Source: Neophaeotheca triangularis (Eukaryota). Taken from it: DNA of 53,949 nt. Every line of letters begins with the position of its first letter. Within the stretch, counting starts at the first letter, position 1. The notes beneath the pieces were generated by a model. That model was not told where the DNA came from. It did not search any database and saw only the letters and a list, made by a program, of their open reading frames with translations. The DNA is taken from positions 186,001 through 239,949 of the forward strand of contig BAAIJX010000036.1 in NCBI GenBank assembly GCA_054600435.1, read 5' to 3'. This document shows, in pieces, positions 1 through 11,989 of the stretch. Both the position numbers and the translations under genes were made by a program.

Positions 1-2740
1 GGCTAGAACCCAGACCGAGCTCCTTCTCCACGTCCTCGAGGACTTTGCGCTGCAAGCCCATGGCGCAGAGGAGCGCTTGCTGCACGCCGGAGAGCTTGAC
101 GCCGTTGGCGTTGCGGATGCGGCCGGTGAAGTAGAGCGAGGCAAGGGTCGGGATGAGGTCGAGGATGACGTGGTAGTCGAGCATGTTGTTTGCGTAACTG
201 TCGAGGCGCTTGAGGTCAAAAGGGGTGAGGTGTTCGTCTAGCTCGGGTTTGGTCAGGGGTTTAGGGGACTCCGAGGTGGGGAGTAGGGCGATTCCCGCGG
301 CGGCAGATTCGTCGAGTGCGAGCGCTTGTACGCTTGGGAAGGCGCGGAATTGGTAGGAGAGCAGGGAGAGGAAGCGGCGGTGGAAGTCTTTGGCGTAGGC
401 ACCGAGCCAGCTGGGGTCTTGGCGGCCTGAGCTGAGGGTCCGCAGCATGATGCATGTGTGCTCGCCCGTGAGTTCGTTGGCCGTCTGGCGGAGGTATACG
501 GGGACGAAGCCGCCGCGTTTCCAGAATTTGTGTAGCGGGGCCGTCAGGCCGTAGGAGACGCCGAGGTAGTCGAGCGAGGCGGGTCTGCGTTCCGACAGGC
601 GTGCGAAGAGGGGTGGCATGGCTTTTGGCTCGCGTACTCGGACGTTGTCGCTGAGGAGGGAAGACTGTTCCAGCTCGGCGTCGGTCACTCGGACCATGCC
701 TTCCTCGTGCACGTCGCTCGTGCCGTTTTCGCTCTCGTCGAGGTTGATATGCTTGCCCTCGTAGAATTCAGTGAGAAGCTGCAGTGCGCGCGAACCGTAC
801 CCCATGCTGCCGTAGTCGGGGTTTGTAGCGATGCGCACCACACGGGCGCCAGAAAGGCCGGCAAACTCCGAGTCCTGGAATTGCTGGCTTACCAACCAAG
901 GGATGAGATCGCCTCCCGCGCGTTGTCCTCTTGACAGGCTATTGAGGACGCTTTCCTTGCTGATCTGACCTTCAAGTGCAATCTGTACCACGCACAAAAT
1001 CTCGGGCAGGCGGTCTGCGTTTTCCTGCACGGGTGGAACCAGCACAAAAAGCTGATGCGCTGGTGCGTCGGACATGAGCTGAAGGTCGTTGGGGGAGTTT
1101 TTGTAGTGGCTGGCGACGTATAGGCCCATCATATTTTGGAGGAACTTTTCGGAGAGAGGGTGGAATGAGAAGAGGGTATCGCGGTTGACTTGTAGGAGCT
1201 GGCATTGCGAAGGGTGCGGTGTGCCGATCTTGCCGGAAGAGCGAGGTATTGTGGCGTCTAGGCAGAGGAGGCGGTTCATCCACTTTTCCACCGGGTCGCC
1301 CTGTGCGTAACGAATGGGTTCAGAGAGTGTGATTTCGCGCAGTGACCGGGATGAAACGCCAGAAGAAGCACCGTCGAGCGCTTTGGACCCGTTTGCACGG
1401 TCGACTGTCTTTTCATCATTGAATTTTGGCAGGCCTCTGGATTGCTCCCGAAGCTGCTGTATCAGTTTCAAGGACAGCGACCGACCAGTACCCTCATAGC
1501 CATTGATTGTGGAAGCCATGAAGACCAAATAAGGTCCCATCAGTTTTCGTACCAATGGCAACGGTATCGCGGCCGCCTCATCGATGACGAGTAGCTCAGC
1601 TTGGCCGAGAGTGTACGCATCTTGGGGCTGGATGTACTGAATAGTCTGACGGTGCTGCTTGTGAACATTGACTCGGACGATAGCCTTGTTGAAGTCAGGA
1701 TTAGTGGATTGGATGATGGTGTAGTCGAGGTGGTCTTGGTAGCCCAGCGCATCAAAACCCTTGAAGACGAACTCGAATAGCGTCTTCAAGTTCTCTGGCG
1801 ATGGTGATGTGATGAAAATATTGCTGTACCCGTGGGCTATCGCAGCAGCCATCGCCACACCAAGTGCGGCAGATTTTCCTCGTCCACGAGCAGCGGTCAG
1901 AGCGACTGTGCTCGCCAAAGTCTTCTCTGAGATTGCTTCGACAAACGTGAGAAGTGCCTTTGCTTGGTCCACAGTCTTTGCAAGCGTTACGAGGGAGCCA
2001 ACTGGTTGTGTGTCCGCGAGGCTCTCTTTGATGTTCCTCAATTCTTGTGCCTGGGGGGTTTCGTCTTCGCTCTTTGGCTCCTTGTTCTGCACTACAGATT
2101 TCCCACCTGATATAGGTAATACGTTCATCTCATCGTCGATCACCAAGCAAGTCTCACAACTACCGAGCGAGAGGATAAACCTTTCGTTGAACCGTGCCGT
2201 CACGTCGTCATGCGCCTCTGTCCGATACCGCGAATGGATGTCCATGGAAAGAGAGTAGAGCTGCTTCAAACTGTTCATGCCTTTGAGCAACATTATCACC
2301 AGTCCACCGCCTTCGACCGTCTCCATCGTCCGGGCGAGCAGATTCGGCGTGATGGCTTCAAAGTCTTGCAGGATACACATGCCGTATGTATTTCCCAATA
2401 TCCGGTCCGTCTCCTTGTAGTAGACATATCTTATGTTCTGAGTGCTGACGAAGAGCTCGAATGGGTCCTCGGCATTTGCCTCTCTTATGCCTCGCTTGAC
2501 ATCCTTTTTGATCTTCTTCTCGCGCTTGGCACGATGCGATGTGAAGCCCAACAGCTTGTTTTTGTAGGCCCATAGAACGTTCTTGTTCAGCTTGATATCA
2601 AGCTGGAGTAGCAAGTGGTACAGGTTCACAATGACATCCTTTTGCCTGTCTCCAACGACGACGAAGAAGGATCGCTTCTTGTCGCGGATACCATTGTGGA
2701 GCAGCGCAGGAATGCGCGAATCGATCTGTTTCTTAACCAT
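1..2740 (-). CDS. KRE33: RNA cytidine acetyltransferase (Kre33/NAT10); 3' end runs off the window
   Basis: Manual translation from ATG at 2740: MVKKQIDSRIPALLHNGIRDKKRSFFVVVGDRQKDVI..., then ILQDFEAITPNLLARTMETVEGGG and the Walker A-like TAARGRGKSAALG. Missing from the ORF track because no stop lies in the window. Confidence 0.97.
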   Translation of the reverse strand, partial: MVKKQIDSRIPALLHNGIRDKKRSFFVVVGDRQKDVIVNLYHLLLQLDIKLNKNVLWAYKNKLLGFTSHRAKREKKIKKDVKRGIREANAEDPFELFVSTQNIRYVYYKETDRILGNTYGMCILQDFEAITPNLLARTMETVEGGGLVIMLLKGMNSLKQLYSLSMDIHSRYRTEAHDDVTARFNERFILSLGSCETCLVIDDEMNVLPISGGKSVVQNKEPKSEDETPQAQELRNIKESLADTQPVGSLVTLAKTVDQAKALLTFVEAISEKTLASTVALTAARGRGKSAALGVAMAAAIAHGYSNIFITSPSPENLKTLFEFVFKGFDALGYQDHLDYTIIQSTNPDFNKAIVRVNVHKQHRQTIQYIQPQDAYTLGQAELLVIDEAAAIPLPLVRKLMGPYLVFMASTINGYEGTGRSLSLKLIQQLREQSRGLPKFNDEKTVDRANGSKALDGASSGVSSRSLREITLSEPIRYAQGDPVEKWMNRLLCLDATIPRSSGKIGTPHPSQCQLLQVNRDTLFSFHPLSEKFLQNMMGLYVASHYKNSPNDLQLMSDAPAHQLFVLVPPVQENADRLPEILCVVQIALEGQISKESVLNSLSRGQRAGGDLIPWLVSQQFQDSEFAGLSGARVVRIATNPDYGSMGYGSRALQLLTEFYEGKHINLDESENGTSDVHEEGMVRVTDAELEQSSLLSDNVRVREPKAMPPLFARLSERRPASLDYLGVSYGLTAPLHKFWKRGGFVPVYLRQTANELTGEHTCIMLRTLSSGRQDPSWLGAYAKDFHRRFLSLLSYQFRAFPSVQALALDESAAAGIALLPTSESPKPLTKPELDEHLTPFDLKRLDSYANNMLDYHVILDLIPTLASLYFTGRIRNANGVKLSGVQQALLCAMGLQRKVLEDVEKELGLGSS

Positions 2741-3278
2741 GTTCGTCTTTCTGTGCTAGATGGTCGAGACCGTCTCGCAACTTTGTCGCAGCCAAGTCGA
2801 GATTTAGCTTGACAGCCGTGGCATTTGCTGGATTCCTCGATCAAGGTAGACGCCGGCCCAGAGAGAAAAGATTTGACGGTGTCGCCCGGGAAGTCTGTCA
2901 CTTTGCCTCGGGCTACTATTGAGCCTACGCGCTCTTGGAAGTGGATGATAGATGTGAGTGTTGGAAATGTCCTGGAAAGAGAAGCTCGAAAAGTTCATCT
3001 GCAGTTGATCTGAGCACACACATGGCGCTACTGCACCCCGCCAAAGCGGCCCGCTCGCGTGGCACCCGCGTCGCTCTCTCCCGAGCCCCGAGCCAGCCTC
3101 GATACTACTAGAGGGGCCTGTAAGCTGGCCATTGGTTTACAGCTACAAGCATAAGCACATTCTGGTGTTTCAGTGACTACGACGACGACGATGACTTGCT
3201 GAGCTCAATATGCTATACCGATACTGATCTACCAGAGCAACACGACTAAACGCGATCATGCGATAGCATCGCAATGCC

Positions 3279-6200
3279 ATGGAAAAGACAAAGTGGGCTG
3301 CGCTCAGCGGCCTCGTCTGCACCACCATCCTCCTTTCTCGAAACGCAGGCTCCTCTTTCGCCTTCGACAAGCCTTACCACACGAGCATCGTACTACTGGC
3401 CAGCGGAGGCGTCGCAACTCTAGCCTTAAGTAGGCTCTTGTCCGGGGACGGCAGGTCGACCAAAAGCTCCCACTACGACGCGGTACCCCTTGAGGACATA
3501 GGCCAGCCGCACGCTTCTCGCGCACCTTCTCCAGATGGAACAGATGCGCGGTATCCCTCAAGTCTGCGGAAATTGCGGACACTGTTCGCTGTGCTGGTAG
3601 TTGCGCTGTGTTTGCGAGTGGAGACCCTTCGGCTGGTATTGAACGATGTCCAGTGCGCGACTACAACTTATGCGCCGCTCATTCCCTTAGCTTTCGCGCT
3701 ATGGGACTATCTTACTGTGCAGCGAAAGAGGAGATATATACTTGAGGAGGAGGATGATGCTGGGAGCGGAGCGTACGACATGCTGCAACAAAACCTCACC
3801 CGAACGCCATACCGGTACATTATATGTGCTGGCTTGGTAAGCTTTTCTAGCGTGTTGGCCCTACGGACGACTACGAACCCTGCATCCACGCACATATGCG
3901 CAACGTCGCTACCTTACATACATGCCGTTCCAAGTATGCAGCATATTGGAACTTTTCTGGACATTCTCATCTTGTACTGCATCACGCAACTCTTGGGTTC
4001 AGATGCCACCACTGGAGCGAGGAGTTTACCTTTAGGATTTGGATCTGTTGGTTGGGCGTTTCTTGTGAGTATATGCTTGAAAATATGAGTCTTCCTAGAG
4101 CTGACTGATGGCAGTCTTCTGGAGTGGTGATGCTCGTAGTTGGCAACATGATCTATTGGCTGCATCGTGAGACTCGGCGTTGGATTTTGAGTATACCCAG
4201 CATGTACATTTGGAGTACAGTGCGCTTTGACTTGATGTTTTGTTGCACGCTATTGTGCTTCCTACTCAGTGTAAGGGGTGCCCTCCCTCCCCTGGCGAAG
4301 CCGCTAACACCTATGTTCAGATACACCATACGGGTCCGACCACGACAACTCTAATCACCACCTTCACCTCCATCTCGACAGTCACGCTTAGCTTCGCATG
4401 GGCTAACTCACATCCCTTCCCGCCCGTATCCTATGGCACCGGGTTTCTAGCAGCCCTGCTCCTCACAATAGCTTTCTTGGCCTACTTTTACGCTGATACG
4501 GGCTCAGTGGAACGCTCAAAATCAACTACTAAGCCCACGTTCAAGGACGTTCCCACGTGGCTTTACCTGGTCTTGCTTGCCCTTTTGATCACTCGTACCT
4601 GTCTGTGGATGTATCGTACAACATCAGTTGCCTATCATCCAATAGATCTGCTCATGTACGAGGCGGGCATTAGTCACGAAACTTACTTGAACGAATCTTC
4701 CGACAGCACAACGCTGAAACAGGCAGTGATGAATTACCGCAACCGCTACGTGCAGCATCCTCCTCCGGGATTTGATCGATGGTACGAGTACGCAACTGCG
4801 AGAGACTCTGCCATCATTGATCGCTTCGACAGCATTCACAACGATTTAATGCCGTTCTATGCGCTCTCGCCAGAGCAAATTAGGCAGCGGACGTGGAAGC
4901 TGGTCTCGAATCCGTGGAATGATGTAGCCGGTTTGAGCGTGAGGGACGGCAAAATTGAAATCAGCCCAAATGTCGTGCCAACCCACCGATGGATGCTTGA
5001 TGGTATAGTCGAGATGATTGGCAAATTTGCTAAACATTTACCTGATATGGACTTAGCGTTCAATCTCAACGACGAATGTCGAGTCGCTGCTCCATTCGAA
5101 GCTGCCGAGCCAATGCGACAAGTGGGTAGAGACTTTGGGCGGAACCAGAATATCCAAGCAAGCAGCTTCAGCGCCGGCCGAGCTGAACAGTGGCCGCCCA
5201 TACCGGAAGAGCCAATTGACGAAAGACCGTTGAGAGAAATATCGTGGCAACGCACCTTTTACGAAACTGGAAACGTCGCCTGCCCTCCATCCTCCCCAGC
5301 CCGCACCGAGCGAAAGTGGGACACTGCCCGCCTCTGCACTTCTTGCAGTGGCCCTCATTCTCTAGGTGCATACTTGGCCAACTGGACGCTTGCGGGAAAT
5401 GTTTGCCACCAGCCAGATCTCGCAAACTTGCACGGCGTCTTCCTCTCCCCGGCAGCTTTCAAGGCTACCAACGAGCTTTATCCCATCTTCTCGCAGAGCA
5501 AGACTTACGGTTTCAACGACATTCTCTATCCGAGCGCCTGGAACTACATGGACAAGGCCAAATACGACCCTTCACCCGAGCACCCCGACCCGCCCTTCGC
5601 CCAGAAGAAGAACAGCGTCTTCTGGCGCGGTGCAACTTCCGAAGGCGTGAGTCCAGGCTCGGTAACCAGTGGGGGAGCCTGGAAAGGCATGACCCGACAA
5701 CGTTTTGTGCACCTAGCCAACAACATGAACGCCACCGCCTTTGCCCAACCCATCCTCCTCCAAAACCCACCCACCAACACCACCAACAAATACACCTACA
5801 CGACCCTCCCCATCTCCACACTCGCGCAAACAATCAATACAGACGTCCACATTGTCGAGTCTATCGCGCGCTGTGGCGGCCGCGACTGCCCCGACCAAGC
5901 CGCCGAATTCGCCCCCTTGGTCCAGCCTACAGACTTCCAAGACCACTGGCGGTACGCTTACCTGCTCGACCTCGACGGCGCCGGGTTCTCTGGCCGCTTT
6001 CTCCCCTTCCTCCGCAGCAACAGCCTCCCCTTCAAAGCCGCCGTGTTCCGAGAATGGTGGGACGATCGACTGACGCCCTGGCTGCATTTCGTGCCTTTGG
6101 ACGTACGCGGACATGGGTTCTGGGCTACGCTGGCGTATTTTGCGGGTTTAAAGGGGGAGGTTGCGGGGGTGCAATGGGATGTCGAGGGCCACGGGGCGGA

Positions 6201-6348
6201 GGCTGAGAGGATCGCTACAAGGGGGAAGGAGTGGGCCGAGGTGGCGCTGAGGAAGGAGGACGCCGAGATTTACTTTTTTAGGCTGCTTTTGGAGTGGGGG
6301 CGGTTGACGGATGATAGGAGGGACGAGTTGGGTTTTGAAGTTGGGTAG
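3279..6348 (+). CDS. Glycosyltransferase family 90 (CAP10/CXT1-like) with N-terminal membrane region; exons 3279-4064, 4115-4270, 4321-6348
   Basis: GT90 motifs PPPGFDRWY, FWRGATS, DLDGAGFSGRF, EWWDDRLTPWLHF, YFFRLLLEWGR. Two GT-AG introns with branch sites join ORFs 3279, 4124 and 4240 in frame. Confidence 0.9.
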
Positions 6349-6730
6349 GGAGCTTTGAGTCTGTTTCGTGTGTACTTTTGAAATGTTTAAAGCCTTTATG
6401 TTCTGTGGCTGTCGAGTATAAGGTCACGCTGTATTTTGTTCAAATCTCCCAAACGTTTCGAGCAACATTTAACATTGGGTAGCCCGATAAGGCTTCCGCG
6501 ATTCACTGGATAACAATGTTATTGCATGCCAAATCGGGAACAATTCGATGGACAGTATCGTTCAGATCGCCCACAACACTTCGACCTGCGATTTGGTTGC
6601 ATATCCCAAGACACTGAGCGGACTCCAAAAGCATTGAAGTTGGTAAACCCTAACCCTACCGCATTTCAACGTCAGACATAGCTGTTCTACCCTCGCGACG
6701 ACGATCGAACTCGTATCGCAATAAAACAAC

Positions 6731-8065
6731 ATGAGCTCTTCGAACCAGCTCGCTCAAAGTCTTCAATCCCTGTCCGAGTCACTGAAGACGACCAATACCC
6801 TCATCCTCCGCCTGGCCAAGCTCACTTTTCAGCCAGGAACTGAAGGCTTAGACGAGCCAAACACAGTCCGGGTAGAGCTGTCCCAGGACATCCACGAGAG
6901 TCTGAAGCAACACGAAGAAGACCTCGAGCTAGTCAAGCAAGAAGTCGCAGACTTAACCACTACAACCGGACCACAAGCCCATAACCCTAGAAGAAGAGAC
7001 AGCGAAAGAGACCGTGAGAGGAATAGAGAAACAGCCCGGCTCGAAAGCCAGGTGGTCAGACTAGGCGAAGACCTCACCAGAACCCGCAATCAATTCCGCC
7101 GCGCCCAAATCACGGCCAAACGAGCCAGCGAAGCGGCCAAGCTCAGAGAGCGCGAACTCCTATTCCAAAGCCTTCAGAAAGAGCCCCCAACCAGCACCGA
7201 CGATCTAGCCCAAAATCCTCGCGACCTCCTCTTCGCCGGCCGTCGTCTAGCAAGCAAACACCAGCAATCCCTTAACAAAGACGAACTCGCAGCCCAAGCC
7301 TCCAGCGACGTCACCTCCTCGCTCCGCCGCACCCACGATCTCCTATCCACCGAGCTCAGCCGCTCGCGCTTCGCCCAAGAAACCTTCGACCAGTCCACCG
7401 CCGCCCTCGCGCAGCTGGGCGAAAGCTACAACAGCCTCGATAACATCCTCAGCACCAGCCGAAATCTGCTCGGAACTCTCCTGCGCAGCCAAAAGAGCGA
7501 TACTTGGTACCTAGAGACCGCATTCCGGATTCTCCTAGCAACCTTCCTGTGGCTAGTTTTCCGGCGTCTGCTCTTCGGCCCCTTCATCAAACTCCCACTT
7601 TTCTTGTACAAAGTCGGCTGGTTCCTGACCTACTGGATACTGCTCAAACCCTTCCTACTCTTCCTCACAGTCTCAGGAGTTATCACCACAGAGACCAAAA
7701 CCCTCAGCCCGCCGGATTTCGGCCCCACTAGCTCTCGAGCGCCCTTGATCGTGAAACCGAGCGCGCAGGGCGGGATTCCGACGCTCCCAGCCATGCCCGA
7801 GGGGATGCAGAACCCGGGTCAGCCCGCCGGTGCAGGAGGCAGTGGGGCAAAATTGGGGAAGGGTGCATATGCCGGGGGCGAGCAGAAGTTGAGCGAGGAG
7901 ATTGGGAAGATGGCGGAGCAAAGTGCGCAGGGCGAGAAGGTGCAGAGGAGGGGCGATGGCACTATACTCGAGGAGAGAGGCGATACGCCGAAGAACCCGA
8001 AGAAGAAGATGTTTGAGGCCGGGGCCGAGGAAGGGGGTCAGAGAAGGAAGAGGGATGAGTTGTGA
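6731..8065 (+). CDS. SEC20: Sec20-domain ER SNARE
   Basis: Coiled coil, Sec20-type DVTSSLRRTHDLLSTELSRSRFA...LLRSQKSDTWYL, a transmembrane segment, and C-terminal RDEL ER-retrieval signal (yeast Sec20 ends in HDEL). Confidence 0.85.
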   Translation: MSSSNQLAQSLQSLSESLKTTNTLILRLAKLTFQPGTEGLDEPNTVRVELSQDIHESLKQHEEDLELVKQEVADLTTTTGPQAHNPRRRDSERDRERNRETARLESQVVRLGEDLTRTRNQFRRAQITAKRASEAAKLRERELLFQSLQKEPPTSTDDLAQNPRDLLFAGRRLASKHQQSLNKDELAAQASSDVTSSLRRTHDLLSTELSRSRFAQETFDQSTAALAQLGESYNSLDNILSTSRNLLGTLLRSQKSDTWYLETAFRILLATFLWLVFRRLLFGPFIKLPLFLYKVGWFLTYWILLKPFLLFLTVSGVITTETKTLSPPDFGPTSSRAPLIVKPSAQGGIPTLPAMPEGMQNPGQPAGAGGSGAKLGKGAYAGGEQKLSEEIGKMAEQSAQGEKVQRRGDGTILEERGDTPKNPKKKMFEAGAEEGGQRRKRDEL

Positions 8066-8542
8066 AGCCTTCCTAGATTTACGAGAGACACGATTGGTGC
8101 GTGCAATTGCTTTACAGGGCTATGATGCTCTACGTGCTATCAGTATAATTTACAATTATCACAAGTCCGATCGAGACTAGGCCGCGGAACGGCTTGAATC
8201 TTCGACGGGGATATTAGGTCGGTAGTATGCCCCGGTAGCATTGGCACGCGAGCGGCAGCTTAAATTTCGTCAAGTGCGCTGAGCTCGGCTTCGCGAGATT
8301 GTCTTTGACGTTTGCGCTACAGAGACGCCCCAAGACTCAGCCGCTTTCCTCCCGACCCATTTGAGGAGCTCTGTATTTGTGGCAGTGGGATGGTAGACAG
8401 TGTGTTGGCCCCAAGACATTCTTACTTTGCCGAGTTGGCCTTCAGCGTCATGAACCGCACTCTCGAATCTCTGCCAGCTTGGCATGCTTCTCCTCTTGGA
8501 GCCCTTTGTTCAAACGCCTGGGATTCGACCGCGCTTCGGCAC

Positions 8543-11500
8543 TCACCCCCCAGCAGCCACAGCAGCATCAACAGACTGTTTAACAACAGAATGACCCGCG
8601 CTAGTCCGTCCTCGCAGATCATCCAGAACCTCGCCAGCAACCGCAATAGCATCCTCGGGCATACCCGCCAACCTTGCCACCTTCAAGGCATGCGATCGCC
8701 TATTAACCCCTCTCCCCAACTTATGCACATACGCCCAAGACCCATCCGCCTCCTCGACAACATCGGTACAATAACATCCCAACCGGTCGAAATGGCTAGT
8801 CATATCCGCCAACTGGTGGAAATGCGTGGCAAACAGCGTGCGACTCTTATTAACAAGGTGCAAACGGTGCAAGCAAGCATAGCCCACGGCGATGCCATCC
8901 TCGGGCGTCGTGCCCCGGCCCACTTCGTCCATGATCACAAAGGAGCGCGGCGTGGCTTGTTTGAGAATCTCCGCCGTCTCGAGCATCTCCACCATGAACG
9001 TGCTCTGGTCGTGGAAGAGATTGTCCGCCGAGCCCACGCGGCTGAAGATCTTGTCCACGAGCCCGAGCTCGGCGTAGTCAGCGGGGACGAAGCAGCCGGT
9101 TTGCGCGAGAATGGTTATCAGCGCGTTTTGCCGCAAGTAGGTGGACTTGCCGGCCATGTTGGGGCCTGTGATGAGGTAGATGGATTCCGAGTCGCCGACG
9201 GAGCAGTCGTTGGAAGTGAAGAGGCGCCCGCTGTCTTTGAGGCCTACGTCGACCATTGGGTGTCGGCCGCCGACGATTCTGTGTGAGGTTCCGCTGTTGA
9301 GGACGGGGCGGATGAGGTTCCTTTCTTTCGCTACGGTTGCGGAGGAGCAGCCCACATCTAGCTCGTCTAGCACGGCTGCGTTTCGGCGGAGACGAGCGAG
9401 GTTCTCTATCACCAAGCCGCGTAGGGTTTTGAAAACTCGCTCCTCTTCGGCTCGGATGCGTCGCTTGCTGTCCTCGATACGTACACCTAGGTGGGTCCAG
9501 TCAGAGATGTAGAAAGAGCGAGTGCTTTTTGTCGAGCCTATGCTGCGAGCGCCTTCGAGAGCTCCCAGATTTGTTCTTGCGTCTTTGCCTTTGACGTGGC
9601 AGAAGTGACCAAGCTGGGCAGACCACTTAAGGGTAAGCGACTCCGCTTGCAATTCGCTCCGTAGATGACTCGCAAGCTCGACTCTTGCTGTCGAGAGATT
9701 ATCGAGGTCGCCATGAGCACGCTCCAGCGTCTTGCTAGCATTCCGCCGCATGATCCATATGTCCTCCGGCTTCTCGTCCACAGGACCGGATGGTGCTGTC
9801 TTTTTCTTGGACGCTCGGCGTGACACTTTAGGTGTCTCCTCTCCAGCGAGGTCTGCTGCAACTACATCCTCGGACATTTTCGCAGCCTCATCCGCGCTTT
9901 CCTGCTCAGCGCTGTGTTGCTGGTCAAGGCTGGCTTCGTCAATTGCATTTTGTATACGTTTGGCAAGCTTCGTGGGCTCTTTCAGCTCCATGCGGCCCAG
10001 GATGTCCCACAAGAATAGCAATTCAGAGGGCTTCGCATCTACTGACTCCTCGCTAGCCGGAGCCTTCAGTGCTCGGTCCTGGGTAGCCAGGATGTGGTCG
10101 TGCAAGACTGTGGCGAGTTGCTCCATGACTTCGATTGTTTTGGCCAACCCAAGCAGACCGTCAGCGTCACCTCTGCCTATCGAGAACATTTGCAGTAGCC
10201 GAAGCGTATCAAAAGTCCTGCGCAACAGTGCTACTACGTCTTCGCGCAACGCATCTTCGCTCTTCAGCTCTTGAACCAGGTCGAGGCGGTTGTTAATCAC
10301 AGACAATGACATTGAAGGCGATACTAATCGCTGGCTTAGCAACCGAGCACCGCTTTTAGTAACAGTGTGTCTTATCGCATGCAAAAGACTCCCTTCATGA
10401 AGGCCATCACGCAATGTACTGCGTATTTCAAGGCCTCTCAAGCTCTGCTTGTCAATAGCCATGTACTCATCCGCGGACCTTCTCATGGGTGGTTGCAGCC
10501 GGATGTTTGTTTCAACCAGCCGCTCACGAATATATCCCAAGATGAGATTGCCAGCTTTAAGCTCAAAGGACGTGTAAGCATCAATGTCTTTCTCCTTCAC
10601 AGGTCGTTCGAGCATTGGACTCCAATCTGAGACTGTAGTGAACCCCTCGTCTCCACTGTGATAGTGCAGAGAATACCCACCGTCTCCAAACAATGTTTGC
10701 AGCCTTGATTGGTCGATACTCTGCATTGAGGCATGCAAGACTATCTCCCTTGGCCCAACCCTCGCAACCGTCGAAGGCAAAGAAGCGAGGTCGCTGGTCT
10801 GGACGAAGAAATCACCACTGGATAGATCAATCCAGCTCAGTCCGATCTTGGTAGATCGCTTATTCCTCTCGTACGCGCTTCGATCGCCACCAGCACTGGG
10901 CTCAGCTGTAACGGCTTCCTCAGCATGCACAGCGAGCAAGTAGTTGTTCTCATAAGGATCAACAAAAGTTTCATCGATAAGTGTACCCGCCGTAACAATT
11001 CTTGTAACTTTCCGCTCATACAAAGGACCGCCTTTCCTCTCCCTGTCACCCTCGGGCAAGGGGATTTGCTCAGAAATTGCGACCTGCTTCCCCAGGTCTT
11101 GGACGAACATCTTGAGGTATCGATCAAGCTGCGTGCGCTGGAATCCTGCCATGGCCACGTAGCCCAGGTTGGTCAATTTCTTCGCCTGCTTGAGATTGAC
11201 GAGTGGTGCGAATTGCTCCACTTGATCAAAGTAGAGTTCGTAGAAGTCGCCCACGCGGGTGAGGATAACACAGTCGCGGAACTTGCGCATATTGTTCAAA
11301 TGCTGCTGTAGGACGGCTGGGTACGTCTTTGACGGCGAGTCTTCTTCGTTGTCCACGGGTAGTGGAGGGAGAGAGCCTTGCGGAAGGTCCTTGGCTTGCA
11401 AGACAGTCTTGGTTTTTACGCCACGTACAGAGGTTCCAGGGCCGTATATAGTATCCAGAGTAGCGTCCCAGGCCGTGAGCGCCTTCATCGGCCTTTTCAG

Positions 11501-11578
11501 TTCTAAGATTGGCCATGATGGTGGTACCTTTACTCGAGAGGAGGCTCGAGCGACCTGTTGGAAGCCCCTGAGGCTCAT
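8543..11578 (-). CDS. MSH1: Mitochondrial MutS homolog Msh1
   Basis: RVGDFYELY mismatch-binding motif, ITGPNMAGKSTYLRQ, STFMVEM, DEVGRGT, FATHFH; basic presequence-like N-terminus. Confidence 0.95.
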   Translation of the reverse strand: MSLRGFQQVARASSRVKVPPSWPILELKRPMKALTAWDATLDTIYGPGTSVRGVKTKTVLQAKDLPQGSLPPLPVDNEEDSPSKTYPAVLQQHLNNMRKFRDCVILTRVGDFYELYFDQVEQFAPLVNLKQAKKLTNLGYVAMAGFQRTQLDRYLKMFVQDLGKQVAISEQIPLPEGDRERKGGPLYERKVTRIVTAGTLIDETFVDPYENNYLLAVHAEEAVTAEPSAGGDRSAYERNKRSTKIGLSWIDLSSGDFFVQTSDLASLPSTVARVGPREIVLHASMQSIDQSRLQTLFGDGGYSLHYHSGDEGFTTVSDWSPMLERPVKEKDIDAYTSFELKAGNLILGYIRERLVETNIRLQPPMRRSADEYMAIDKQSLRGLEIRSTLRDGLHEGSLLHAIRHTVTKSGARLLSQRLVSPSMSLSVINNRLDLVQELKSEDALREDVVALLRRTFDTLRLLQMFSIGRGDADGLLGLAKTIEVMEQLATVLHDHILATQDRALKAPASEESVDAKPSELLFLWDILGRMELKEPTKLAKRIQNAIDEASLDQQHSAEQESADEAAKMSEDVVAADLAGEETPKVSRRASKKKTAPSGPVDEKPEDIWIMRRNASKTLERAHGDLDNLSTARVELASHLRSELQAESLTLKWSAQLGHFCHVKGKDARTNLGALEGARSIGSTKSTRSFYISDWTHLGVRIEDSKRRIRAEEERVFKTLRGLVIENLARLRRNAAVLDELDVGCSSATVAKERNLIRPVLNSGTSHRIVGGRHPMVDVGLKDSGRLFTSNDCSVGDSESIYLITGPNMAGKSTYLRQNALITILAQTGCFVPADYAELGLVDKIFSRVGSADNLFHDQSTFMVEMLETAEILKQATPRSFVIMDEVGRGTTPEDGIAVGYACLHRLHLVNKSRTLFATHFHQLADMTSHFDRLGCYCTDVVEEADGSWAYVHKLGRGVNRRSHALKVARLAGMPEDAIAVAGEVLDDLRGRTSAGHSVVKQSVDAAVAAGG

Positions 11579-11733
11579 CTTCAGGACTAGCTGCCGGGTA
11601 TCATGTTCGGGAGGACAGACGGTCGGGCTATCCGAATCAATAATAGGGTGTCGAGGCCATCCTGGACTTGATCCAGTCCAGCAGTGATGGGTCGCTTGAA
11701 AACCAATCGTCTCGCTACTTTTGGTTTTGCGAA

Positions 11734-11766
11734 ACGCGTGTAGACGCGACCTTGCGAACGCGCGTA
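11734..11766. promoter_or_regulatory. Cluster of MCB-like elements in the MSH1/HEM12 divergent promoter
   Basis: ACGCGT at 11734, ACGCGA at 11744, ACGCGCGT at 11758. ACGCGT is the established MBF site upstream of fungal DNA replication and repair genes. Confidence 0.45.
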
Positions 11767-11989
11767 ATCGGCTTATTACTTGATTAGGTTAAGATGTGTG
11801 TATAATCAATGGATTGCTACCTCCAAAATGGCGTCAGGCAGACTCGGTACCCCGCGGCCGAGGCAAGAGCATTAACTTAAAGTTCCAGGTTGTTTGGTGA
11901 CCAAAGGTCAGTACGTCCCTCTGGATATCTTCCAACTCGCCTCAACGACTCGGCACACTCTTGTTATGACCATCTCAAAACCGCACACC

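Noticed and set aside
6645..6660. Telomere-like AAACCCTAACCCTA (similar word near 25856)
   Set aside because: Only about two units in a short intergenic space; too small for a telomere relic or a telomerase RNA locus.
8312..9286. 324-aa ORF antisense to MSH1, and similar long shadow ORFs over GT90, NOP14, SIN3 and the lipase
   Set aside because: These are antisense or alternate-frame shadows expected from GC-rich codon bias, with no recognisable motifs.
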